From contig CAXXLX010000001.1 of the NCBI GenBank assembly GCA_963665235.2, positions 704,001-768,000 on the forward strand: 64,000 nucleotides of DNA, read 5' to 3'. Source of the stretch: Candidatus Poribacteria bacterium (GTDB taxonomy: Bacteria > Poribacteria > WGA-4E > WGA-3G). Every line of letters starts with the position of its first letter. Position 1 is the first letter of the stretch. The notes below the pieces were generated by a model that did no database searches, had not been told where the DNA came from, and saw only the letters and a program-made list of their open reading frames with translations. Shown piece by piece: positions 40,927 to 50,270 of the stretch. Both the position numbers and the translations under genes were made by a program.

Positions 40927-41883
40927 ATGAAAACGCAAAAATGGATTGTGCTTATTTTAGCGTTATTTTTGCTGCCGTATTATATTGTTCCATGTCCGAG
41001 TTATGGACAGCGAAAAAGCAAAATATATTGGTCAGAAACGGGGAAAATCAGACGTGCCAATCTCGACGGTTCTGAAGCGGAAGATGTCCTAACCGAAACA
41101 TCTTCTACTCGCGACCTTGCTCTGGATTTACGCAACCGTAAGATATATTGGGTGGAAGGGCCGACAGCTAAGATTCGACGCGCGACGCTCGATGGATTCA
41201 ATATTAAAAACATCGTCGCTGAAATTCCTCATGAATTGCTAATTAACCCGTACTGCATTGCCATAGATGCTGACGCTGACAAAATATATTGGGCAAACTG
41301 GCGCTTGGATTCAATTCAGCGGGCAAATCTTGACGGCTCCAATAGCAAAGCACTTCCTATTAGAGAACAAAATTTACCAATAAACCGAGCAGTTCGGGCC
41401 CTGAACATCCAACTAGATTTAAAAGCAGGAAAGATGTACTGGACTGACGTTTGGAATGCTGGAATCACACGGGCGAATCTTGATGGCTCTGATACTGAAG
41501 ACCTTATCACCGGACTGCTGACAGTGTACGGCTTAGCATTGGACCTTCGCGCCCGGAAGATGTACTGGTCTAACACCTCTACCGGCAAAATTCAGCGGGC
41601 AGATCTTGATGGAAATAACGTTGAAACCCTCGTCACAGGATTAAAGTTCTCACCCGATATCCTTCTGGATCTGTGGTCTCGCGAAATATATTGGACAGAC
41701 AGGGATTTGGATACCGGGATAGGTAAAATCCAACGCGCAAACTTTGATGGTTCCAATGTCATAGATATTATTACAGGATTGAATAAACCCTTTGCTATCG
41801 CTTTGGACCCCGGCGAAACTTACGATGTTGCTCCCGGTGCAGAGAAGTTGACAACAACTTGGGCAAACGTGAAGTTCCAATAG
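40927..41883 (+). CDS. Tandem paralogue YWTD-repeat protein
   Basis: Same signal peptide and tail; lacks the ~28-aa Cys-containing insert of the first copy. Confidence 0.9.
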   Translation: MKTQKWIVLILALFLLPYYIVPCPSYGQRKSKIYWSETGKIRRANLDGSEAEDVLTETSSTRDLALDLRNRKIYWVEGPTAKIRRATLDGFNIKNIVAEIPHELLINPYCIAIDADADKIYWANWRLDSIQRANLDGSNSKALPIREQNLPINRAVRALNIQLDLKAGKMYWTDVWNAGITRANLDGSDTEDLITGLLTVYGLALDLRARKMYWSNTSTGKIQRADLDGNNVETLVTGLKFSPDILLDLWSREIYWTDRDLDTGIGKIQRANFDGSNVIDIITGLNKPFAIALDPGETYDVAPGAEKLTTTWANVKFQ

Positions 41884-41896
41884 GTTTACTGTAGTT

Positions 41897-41936
41897 ATGA
41901 AGATTAAAAAATTAATTCGGTAATTGCTGTTTTTAT
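41897..41936 (+). mobile_element. Solo IS630 left end
   Basis: Matches 33491-33530 at 38 of 40 positions. Confidence 0.8.
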
Positions 41937-41963
41937 CAAAAATCCGTAACCCGTATTGTGCCA

Positions 41964-42354
41964 CAATCATCCAGATTGTGCCCATAGTAGCATAATCATC
42001 CAGATTGTGCGTAGTAGCATAATCATCCAGATTGTGCGTAGTAGCATAATCATCCAGATTGTTAGTAGCATAATCATCCAGATTGTGCGTAGTAGCATAA
42101 TCATCCAGATTGTGCGTAGTAGCATAATCATCCAGATTGTGCGTAGTAGCATAATCATCCAGATTGTGCGTAGTAGCATAATCATCCAGATTGTGCGTAG
42201 TAGCATAATCATCCAGATTGTGCGTAGTAGCATAATCATCCAGATTGTGCGTAGTAGCATAATCATCCAGATTGTGCGTAGTAGCATAATCATCCAGATT
42301 GTGCGTAGTAGCATAATCATCCAGATTGTGCGTAGTGGCATAATCTTCCAGATT
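41964..42354 (+). repeat. Tandem array of 27-bp hairpin units (13 units, one 3 bp short, plus degenerate ends)
   Basis: Unit GTAGTAGCATAATCATCCAGATTGTGC. Confidence 0.92.
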
Positions 42355-42499
42355 CCCTCTTCCATCCTTCCACTCTTCCCTCTATCATAGGACAAAAACT
42401 TTACACACTTGTGTTCAATTTTTTTGTTGCACAACAGTCCGAAAATTGCTATGATAGTTGCAAAGATAAGCACACCTCTTTTGATTTTCGGAGGAACGC

Positions 42500-43630
42500 A
42501 TGAACAACTACCGTATTGCAATTATCGGTCTGGGCGGCATGGGCGGTCATCATGCCCAGGCAGTACAGCAGGAGGCGAACTGTGAACTCGTTGCTGGTGC
42601 AGAAATTGTCCCGGAACGGGCGAAGGCATGGAGCGAACGTTTCGGTGTCAAAGCCATCTATGACGACTACGAGAAGATGCTGGATGAACAGCAACCGGAT
42701 ATTGTTATCGTGCCGACGCATGCCCCGATGCACTACCCGCCAACGATTGCCGCAGCACAGCGCGGCATCCATGTCTTTTGTGAAAAACCGATTGCACTCA
42801 ACCTTATTCAAGCGGATGAAATGGTTGAAACCTGTCAACGAAATAACGTCAAATTTGCCATTAACCACATCAAACGCGCTAGTCCATACAATCAGCATGT
42901 GTTTTCACTCATTGACAAAGGTGAACTGGGGCAAGTCCTGCTGATGAAGGCAACAGACAAAGGGGGCCGCAAGGTCGGCAATTCGCTGATGGAGATGGGC
43001 ACACACCTCTACGACTGGCTGCGACTCTTCGGCGGCGATGTGGAGTGGACACATGCACATCTTGTGCAAATGGGTGGACGCGAGTCAACCGTAGCAGACA
43101 TTAAACATACCCAAGAGGTTCATCCGCATGATAGGGATGCGGGAATTGTCCTCGGTGAACGGGGGCATGCCTCTTTTCGGTTCAAGAACGGTATTCATGC
43201 GGATGTCCAGTTCCTCGCTCAACCCCAGACCAACGATAATGCGTACGGCATTGATATTATCGGCACTGAGGGAAGAATTGCTATCCGAGAAAGTGTCGGC
43301 ACGACGATGTTTATTCATAAAGGACAACATCAGACCCCCGCTGAAACATGGCAACGTGTTCGTCTGCCCGATGAAGACCTTGATGAACACGGAAAGCCGA
43401 GAGATAAGGGCGCGGTCCGGTTGCTACTGCAACGGCTCATGCTCCGCGACCTCATCGAAGCGATTACGGAGGACCGTGAACCGTTCGCAAGCGGTAAGGA
43501 TGGACGGGATTGCCTTGAGATGATTCATGCAACCTGGGAATCGCATCGGCAGGGAGCCCGAGTGTATATGCCGCTTACGCCACGCGAACATCCGCTTGAG
43601 CGATGGCTGCAAGCAGAGAGGAATATATAA
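42500..43630 (+). CDS. Gfo/Idh/MocA family oxidoreductase
   Basis: IIGLGGMG, HVFCEKP, EMGTHLYD. Confidence 0.92.
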   Translation: MNNYRIAIIGLGGMGGHHAQAVQQEANCELVAGAEIVPERAKAWSERFGVKAIYDDYEKMLDEQQPDIVIVPTHAPMHYPPTIAAAQRGIHVFCEKPIALNLIQADEMVETCQRNNVKFAINHIKRASPYNQHVFSLIDKGELGQVLLMKATDKGGRKVGNSLMEMGTHLYDWLRLFGGDVEWTHAHLVQMGGRESTVADIKHTQEVHPHDRDAGIVLGERGHASFRFKNGIHADVQFLAQPQTNDNAYGIDIIGTEGRIAIRESVGTTMFIHKGQHQTPAETWQRVRLPDEDLDEHGKPRDKGAVRLLLQRLMLRDLIEAITEDREPFASGKDGRDCLEMIHATWESHRQGARVYMPLTPREHPLERWLQAERNI

Positions 43631-43869
43631 TGAAATGTCCACGATGTGGTTCAGAGAACATCATGCCCAATTTGCGAATTCGTGATCGCTACGAGCGTGG
43701 TTTGGGACAAAGCTTAGAGGTGGAAGTGAAAGGAAACCCTAATGCCCTATTTTTTAAGAAGACGCATAGAGAAGCGTTAAGAGCTACTGTTTGTGGCGAA
43801 TGTGGGAACGTAGGGCTTTCTGTTGAGAATCCGAAGGGATTATGGGAAACTTATACCATTTCTAATTGA
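43630..43869 (+). CDS. Small zinc-ribbon protein; stop codon supplied by the MITE
   Basis: CPRC...CGEC; ATG overlaps the upstream stop; last residues TISN* are encoded by the family A leader. Confidence 0.7.
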   Translation: MKCPRCGSENIMPNLRIRDRYERGLGQSLEVEVKGNPNALFFKKTHREALRATVCGECGNVGLSVENPKGLWETYTISN

Positions 43870-44280
43870 AAATGTCTCTTTCTTGTAGCATAAACTTCCA
43901 GTTTGTGCGGTTCTAGTATCATAAACTTCCAGTTTGTGCGGTTCTAGTATCATAAACTTCCAGTTTGTGCGGTTCTAGTATCATAAACTTCCAGTTTGTG
44001 CGGTTCTAGTATCATAAACTTCCAGTTTGTGCGGTTCTAGTATCATAAACTTCCAGTTTGTGCGGTTCTAGTATCATAAACTTCCAGTTTGTGCGGTTCT
44101 AGTATCATAAACTTCCAGTTTGTGCGGTTCTAGTATCATAAACTTCCAGTTTGTGCGGTTCTAGTATCATAAACTTCCAGTTTGTGCGGTTCTAGTATCA
44201 TAAACTTCCAGTTTGGGTCTTCCGTTCTCCGTTTCATTTCTAAACAACCGGTAATGATAGAATAATTAATAAAAATGGTA
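43854..44280 (+). repeat. MITE family A copy 4: 11 cores in 31-bp units
   Basis: TACCATTT...AAATGGTA with TTA TSD; unit TATCATAAACTTCCAGTTTGTGCGGTTCTAG, cores 43886-44196. Confidence 0.92.
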
Positions 44281-44469
44281 TTACTCCCAAAGAGAAGAAC
44301 CCGACTAACCCACCGCAAGTGTGGAGGGAATAGGTATTTTAAAATAAATTTGACTTTTCACGCGAATTGTTGCATAATAGTATTGTATGAAAAATAGGGA
44401 CAGGACAATAGCCTGCAAAGAAACCTGACACACCCACGACCCGATTTCCAATAACATCCTCAGGGAGCC

Positions 44470-45933
44470 TTGATGGAATCAGCCAGCTTGCAGTTCAAAC
44501 GTTTTATTTTTATCTTAATTGATGGGGCCCCCTACGAAATTTTTAGAACGTTGCTTGAAAATGGCGACCTTCCGAACATTAAGAAGTACGTTGTGGAGTG
44601 CGGTAGTTTAAACAAAGCCGTCACTGTTTTTCCATCAACAACCGGTCCCGCCTTTATTCCGTTCTTTATGGGATTGTTTCCCGGCACCGCAAATGTCCCT
44701 GGGATTCGGTGGTTATCCAAATCGAAGTTTCGGAATCCACATCGATTCAAGCGGCCCGGTATCTGTAGTTATATGGGGCTTGATGGGTTGCGTTTTGAGG
44801 ACGATTTACCTTCAGGTTTCCCAACGCTTTTTGACCTCTTGTCGCCAGCGAGTAATATTTACAATTTGCTCGCTCGCGGGTGCCCCCCCGCTAAAAATCT
44901 GGCACGTCGAATTAAACCGCTTATCTATACCTACGCCCACTTTGCACATCGCTGGCGATTCGTCAATCAAATTGCGGTACGACACTTACACAGAGCTGTT
45001 GAAACAGATGACAAATTTGTGATGTGCCTCTTCCCCGCAGTTGATACGTTTTCACACCTGACACATATACAATCCCCCCAAGTCCTTGAGACGTACCGAG
45101 AAGTTGACACCGCAATTGGACACCTCATCCACAGTTTGCAAAAGGCAAATACCCTCCAAGAGACGTTGATCCTGATTAGTAGCGACCACGGCATGACCGA
45201 CACACATACACACCTCGATGTCGTTCAGCATTTGGATAAGGGCGGGTGGCGATGCCTACACTATCCAAAGATTTGGCGGCACGGTGCCGTATCTGCCAGC
45301 ATGGTCTCCGGAAACGGGATGACACACCTCTATTTCAAAAACAGTACAGACAAAAAGGGGTGGGGCCCGCGAACCTCTTTTGAAGAACTTAATCATCAGG
45401 GGGTCACTGAACATCTGCTGCAATTGGAAGGATTAGCACTTATTGCAGGGCAAAGCGAGACCGGAGGCATCGTCGTTCAAAGTCGAACTGGACAGGGGCG
45501 GATTTCCTATCAGCAGCCCGATGCAAACGGACAACGTGTGCCTACGTCTTTCTCTTACCAGTTTGAAGGCACCGACCCACTCGGGTACGGTGTTCCGTAT
45601 CAGAATCTCTCCTCACAAGAAACGCTCCAGCAGACGTACGATAGTCCGTACCCGGATGCAATTGTCCAATTATGGCAAATTTTTAAGAGTGAACGCACCG
45701 GGGACCTCATCCTCAGCGCAGAGAGCGGTTACGATTTACGGGCCCGTTATGAAATTCCGAAACATCATGCGACACACGGTGCCCTACTCGCGGAACATCT
45801 GCATATCCCACTTGCCACAAATTACCCGATTGCTGAACAGTACATCCGTTCTGTTGATATTTTTCCGACGGTGCTAAGTCTAATGGGACACACTCCCGAA
45901 GTGGATACCATTGATGGAAATGTTGTGGTGTGA
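44470..45933 (+). CDS. Alkaline phosphatase superfamily (nucleotide pyrophosphatase/phosphodiesterase) protein
   Basis: ILIDG, FPSTTGP, DTFSH, SSDHG, THG metal-ligand motifs. Confidence 0.88.
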   Translation: MMESASLQFKRFIFILIDGAPYEIFRTLLENGDLPNIKKYVVECGSLNKAVTVFPSTTGPAFIPFFMGLFPGTANVPGIRWLSKSKFRNPHRFKRPGICSYMGLDGLRFEDDLPSGFPTLFDLLSPASNIYNLLARGCPPAKNLARRIKPLIYTYAHFAHRWRFVNQIAVRHLHRAVETDDKFVMCLFPAVDTFSHLTHIQSPQVLETYREVDTAIGHLIHSLQKANTLQETLILISSDHGMTDTHTHLDVVQHLDKGGWRCLHYPKIWRHGAVSASMVSGNGMTHLYFKNSTDKKGWGPRTSFEELNHQGVTEHLLQLEGLALIAGQSETGGIVVQSRTGQGRISYQQPDANGQRVPTSFSYQFEGTDPLGYGVPYQNLSSQETLQQTYDSPYPDAIVQLWQIFKSERTGDLILSAESGYDLRARYEIPKHHATHGALLAEHLHIPLATNYPIAEQYIRSVDIFPTVLSLMGHTPEVDTIDGNVVV

Positions 45934-45985
45934 GCTAAGTACATACCTATCTTCGGCATCACCTAGTAGCGCGTTCTATATCCTA

Positions 45986-46278
45986 ACGCAAGTTGCCACA
46001 TAGTAGCATAATCTTCCAGATTGTGCATATTTGTGTGCGAATTGGAAGTGAACGGGACAAATATTAGCTAATTCTCAGCATATTTTCATTATAGCCGGTG
46101 TTTCCAGGTCTAAAAACTTATAAGTAACCTAAGTTGCCACATAGTAGCATAATCTTCCAGATTGTGCATATTTGTGTGCGAATTGGAAGTGAACGGGACA
46201 AATATTAGCTAATTCTCAGCATATTTTCATTATAGCCGGTGTTTCCAGGTCTAAAAACTTATAAGTAGCAACTTGGGT
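45986..46278 (+). mobile_element. MITE family B copy 4, head-to-tail dimer
   Basis: 141-bp body repeated (second start 46127); single right TIR; TSD TATCCTA around the dimer. Confidence 0.88.
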
Positions 46279-46367
46279 TATCCTATTTGAAAAATTATGC
46301 ACCTTTTCTCGCCTGGCCCGCGTCATTATATACGAACAACTGAAGATACGTTTTCTGGAGGCATCTA

Positions 46368-47627
46368 GTGGAAAATGACGATGTTGCGTTAATCCAACGC
46401 ATTCTTTTAGGGGATGAGACCGCGTTTGAAAATTTGGTGAAAAAATACCAAAAGCAGGTTCATGCACAGGCATGGCGAAAAACAGGGGATTTCCATATCG
46501 CTGAAGATATTACACAGGAAGCCTTCCTGCGCGTTTATCAGAAGCTGGAAACCTTAGAAGAGCCAGAACAGTTTCAAGGATGGCTCTATAAGATAGTCAA
46601 TCACCTCTGTATTGCATGGTTCCGAAAAAAGCCCAAATCGCTGGAAGAAATAGACATATCGGAGACAGAAGCGGAGGCATATTCCCGGTATGTCGCATCG
46701 GAACATGCGAAAACGACTGCACAGACGCAACGCGACCTGGTCAAAAAACTGCTTACGAAACTCAAAGAGAGTGAGCAGGAGGTCATCACACTCCACTACT
46801 TTGAAGAGATGACCTCTTCAGAGATAGGCACGTATTTAGGCATATCCGAAAATACGGTTAAGAGCCGCATCCGCCGTGCAAGGCAGCGGTTGAAAACGTA
46901 CGAATTTATGATTCGAGAGGCATTAGATATTACAATTGAGGGGGGACACCGTTCCCAACATCAAGTCAAAGGAGAAATTAGCATGACAAGAGATGATACC
47001 GAAAAAACGCAGCGGAGTCTGACTGAGGAAGAAATTGCGGAAGTTCGTGAATTGATGAAAACGGAAGTTCGTGAACTGATGAAAACAGAATTTCGCGAAT
47101 GGATACCATCTATCATTGCGGAATTAAAAACTCGCCGTCCTGAACATGCGCTTCGAGCTTTTGAAGACGCTCTTGTAGATCGAGATGAGGCAGAGGCATT
47201 TAAAACGTTAACTACGCTTCCCGCAGGTGCTGAAAATTACGTAGCCTGGGGGTATCTCGGTGCATATCGAGTTGCTAGTGACAGCCCGTCGTCGCGCATC
47301 GCATTTTGGACAGGTGGCGTTGATAGTTTCCTAGCGAGAGCCCCGGATGCTGACATTGTCAATTTTGCGACCCTCTTCACAAACCCAACCGTAGTTGCCG
47401 TTATAAGACAGTTAGTGACGGGTGAAAAAGCGGTCGCAGAGCTGGCACAGGAGAGTGGTATTTCAGAAAATGAGATAGAGAAAGCTGTCGCGTTGCTAAT
47501 CGACTCCAAATTAGCAGCATGCACGAAGGACAATCTCATTGAACCGATAAACGATGTCATCTCCTTCTTCCTGAACTTTGTGAGTATGACAAGCGTACAT
47601 CTCGAACACATCGAACCTGGGAATTAA
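46368..47627 (+). CDS. ECF sigma-70 factor with a long C-terminal extension (wHTH-like)
   Basis: AEDITQEAF, WLYKI, region 4 EIGTYLGISENTVKSRIRRAR; ~230 extra residues. Confidence 0.88.
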   Translation: MENDDVALIQRILLGDETAFENLVKKYQKQVHAQAWRKTGDFHIAEDITQEAFLRVYQKLETLEEPEQFQGWLYKIVNHLCIAWFRKKPKSLEEIDISETEAEAYSRYVASEHAKTTAQTQRDLVKKLLTKLKESEQEVITLHYFEEMTSSEIGTYLGISENTVKSRIRRARQRLKTYEFMIREALDITIEGGHRSQHQVKGEISMTRDDTEKTQRSLTEEEIAEVRELMKTEVRELMKTEFREWIPSIIAELKTRRPEHALRAFEDALVDRDEAEAFKTLTTLPAGAENYVAWGYLGAYRVASDSPSSRIAFWTGGVDSFLARAPDADIVNFATLFTNPTVVAVIRQLVTGEKAVAELAQESGISENEIEKAVALLIDSKLAACTKDNLIEPINDVISFFLNFVSMTSVHLEHIEPGN

Positions 47628-47868
47628 ATAGGTTGGGCGGCACTTGGACTTGTAGCGGAACGTTTGCTCCGAGACAGAAGATAAGTGCCGCTTTTTTTCT
47701 TGATTTTTTTAATCGGAGGTGTTATCATTTAGCGAATGGCAATTGGCGATTGGCAATTAGCAAGAAGGTTGTGATGCTAACCAGATATCTGAAGAGCATC
47801 AGACCCCAAGCCATTAGCCATAAGCCAGCGAGGTTTCCAACAGTCATAAGCCAAGTGAGGGTAATTTG

Positions 47869-48618
47869 ATGAAAACAACACGGAAAATTGTTGCAATTGG
47901 CGGGGGCGAGATTAAAGACCTGGAAACCGCCACCATCGACAAACGCATCGTTGAGTTGACCGGTAAAACACGTCCAAAGGCACTTTTTATTCCGACCGCT
48001 AGTGGCGACGCTCCTGGATACATTGAGACCTTTGCGGCGCGGTACGGGGGCGACTTCGGATGTGAAACATGCACCCTCACCCTAATTCAAAACCCGCCTA
48101 CATTTGAGGAGATGTCAACGTTGGTATTAGATTCAGATCTAATCTATGTTGGCGGTGGGAATACCTATAGGATGATGAAAATATGGCGGCGGTTGGGAGT
48201 GGACACTCTGTTAGCAGAGGCTGCGTCCCGGGGTATTGTCCTATCGGGTCTTAGTGCAGGCGCGATTTGCTGGTTCAAATACGGTCATAGTGATTCTCGC
48301 GCCTTCTCCAGCAGCGCGGAGTGGAACTATATCCGCGTCAGTGGATTGGGATTCATCAATGCAATATATTGTCCGCATTACCATAGCGAGAAGCGGGAGG
48401 CAGCATTTTCACAAATGCTTGCAAAACGGGGGGGTATCGGAATCGCCTGTGACAACAACGCTGCAATTGAGATTGTTGGCGAGCAGTACCGTGTGCTCAC
48501 CTCTGCGTCGAATGCAAAGGCATATAAACTCTTCAAACGTGGCGGGCAGGTCGTTACTGTAGAATTACCGCAAAACAGTGAATATACGCCTTTAGCCAAT
48601 CTCCTGAGACGAAAATAA
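47869..48618 (+). CDS. Peptidase E (S51) family
   Basis: FIPTASGD, IYVGGGNT, GLSAGAICW, CPHY. Confidence 0.9.
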   Translation: MKTTRKIVAIGGGEIKDLETATIDKRIVELTGKTRPKALFIPTASGDAPGYIETFAARYGGDFGCETCTLTLIQNPPTFEEMSTLVLDSDLIYVGGGNTYRMMKIWRRLGVDTLLAEAASRGIVLSGLSAGAICWFKYGHSDSRAFSSSAEWNYIRVSGLGFINAIYCPHYHSEKREAAFSQMLAKRGGIGIACDNNAAIEIVGEQYRVLTSASNAKAYKLFKRGGQVVTVELPQNSEYTPLANLLRRK

Positions 48619-48639
48619 AAATATATAATGGGCAGGGCA

Positions 48640-50100
48640 CTAGTGCGACGCGACACGCGGTATCATCTGTGGGTGTGCGTAAACAGTTGCGTCGAAACTC
48701 TTTTGCACAAGTTCCCACTTGATAGCTTGATAATCGGGATGTTCAGAAAGGTCGGTGTGTTCCCACGGGTCATTGTCAAGGTCATACAGTTCGCAAATCC
48801 CTTTTTGGTGGTACACAATGAGTTTCCATCGTCGGTCTCGATACATCGTTGCGTGAGTTTGGTCGGATGTCGCCAGTGCACCGAAAAATTCACATCGGAC
48901 AGCCTCCCGGTGTTGATGAATTGGTGTGTCCCCGCGCAAGAGAGACGCGAGCGAGCGGCCCTGGACATAATACGGTATATCTATCCCTAACACCTCGTAC
49001 AGGGTAGGAACGATGTCAAGGAGCTCAACGAGGACATCGCTTTTAACGTTTTGTAAAAAATGGGATGGCCATGAAATGATAAGCGGTACCCTTGCTAATC
49101 CTTCGTAAAACCTGCATCCTTTGTATGCTAATCCGTGGTCGCCAAGTGATTCGCCGTGGTCAGAAGTGAATATGATGATTGTGTTTTCACGAAGATCTTC
49201 AGCGTCAAGATAATCGAGGATGCGTCCAAATTCATGGTCAACCTGTTCAATCATGGCGTAATAGGATGCCTGCATCTTCTTATCGTCCCATTCAGAAGGG
49301 GGTTTCGCCTGCGACTGAAAGTCGATACCCGCTGCTGTTAATTTTGACTGAAAGGGTATATCGCTTTCCTGAAAGTGTGCCCCGGGTAATGTTTCTGGGT
49401 CATAGCGACGGTAATATTCCCAAGGTGCGTCAAACCCCGGATGCGGGTCGAAGGGATTGATATTTAGCATCCACGGTTGATTTTTCCTGCGATTTTTCCT
49501 GATAAATTCAATAGTTTTTTCGGTGCACCAATAGGTTTGATGGAGATGCGGTGGGATATTATCGCAATCAGGGGTCGGTTCAGGAAATCGGCCCGTATTC
49601 TTCTTCGGTTTTTGGACGACGACTCGCTGTCTCAAGAGTTCACCCAGTTCTACATCTTGTGTGCGTAACCACTCTGCGTATTCGTGCCCGAATGCGTTCG
49701 GTTTTCCGTGGTCGTGACTATATTGGAAGTAGCGATAACCGTCGTTGACGCGGTGTTCCTGTCCATCAAAAGCACTTGCGAGGTGGAGCTTGCCGATTAA
49801 TCCGCAGTCGTATCCATCTTGGGCGAGGGCATGAGAAATCAGCCGGTCTTCGTAGTATTTGGGAAAAACGGGGTTGCCGTTGCCGGTGACGCTGATAGCT
49901 GAAGGGTACATACCTGTCATAAAACTTGCACGGGACGGGGTGCAGATAGGAGATTGGCAGTACGCATGGGTGAATGCGACTGACTGCTGGACAAATTCGT
50001 CAACTCTTGGGGTGTGTATATGCGGGTTTCCTAGCGCACCGATGGTGTCAAAACGTTGTTGGTCTGTGCAATACCATAATATATTTGGGCGTTTTTCCAT
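48640..50100 (-). CDS. Sulfatase
   Basis: PNILWYCTDQQR, CTPSRAS (CxPxR), GKLH, TSDHG. Confidence 0.93.
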   Translation of the reverse strand: MEKRPNILWYCTDQQRFDTIGALGNPHIHTPRVDEFVQQSVAFTHAYCQSPICTPSRASFMTGMYPSAISVTGNGNPVFPKYYEDRLISHALAQDGYDCGLIGKLHLASAFDGQEHRVNDGYRYFQYSHDHGKPNAFGHEYAEWLRTQDVELGELLRQRVVVQKPKKNTGRFPEPTPDCDNIPPHLHQTYWCTEKTIEFIRKNRRKNQPWMLNINPFDPHPGFDAPWEYYRRYDPETLPGAHFQESDIPFQSKLTAAGIDFQSQAKPPSEWDDKKMQASYYAMIEQVDHEFGRILDYLDAEDLRENTIIIFTSDHGESLGDHGLAYKGCRFYEGLARVPLIISWPSHFLQNVKSDVLVELLDIVPTLYEVLGIDIPYYVQGRSLASLLRGDTPIHQHREAVRCEFFGALATSDQTHATMYRDRRWKLIVYHQKGICELYDLDNDPWEHTDLSEHPDYQAIKWELVQKSFDATVYAHPQMIPRVASH

Positions 50101-50270
50101 TTTTTACTCCTTTTTTGCGATGGTCTTTCCGTTTATCGATTATTTTATCAAATGTTTAGTTTCTGGTTAAGCAAAATTTTGTGTTCCGGAATTTTCGCTT
50201 GAAGGAGAACGGGTTAGGCTGGTATACTATTGTCAAAGATTTCATTGCAGGCCTAAAACTGGAGATTTTT

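Noticed and set aside
35090-41883. Diversity-generating retroelement behind the paralogue pairs
   Set aside because: No reverse transcriptase in the window and no template/variable pair with adenine-specific differences visible
41956-42521. ORFs (SSIIIQIVR)n and (RTIWMIMLL)n on opposite strands
   Set aside because: By-products of a stop-free 27-bp DNA repeat; no RBS or domain evidence
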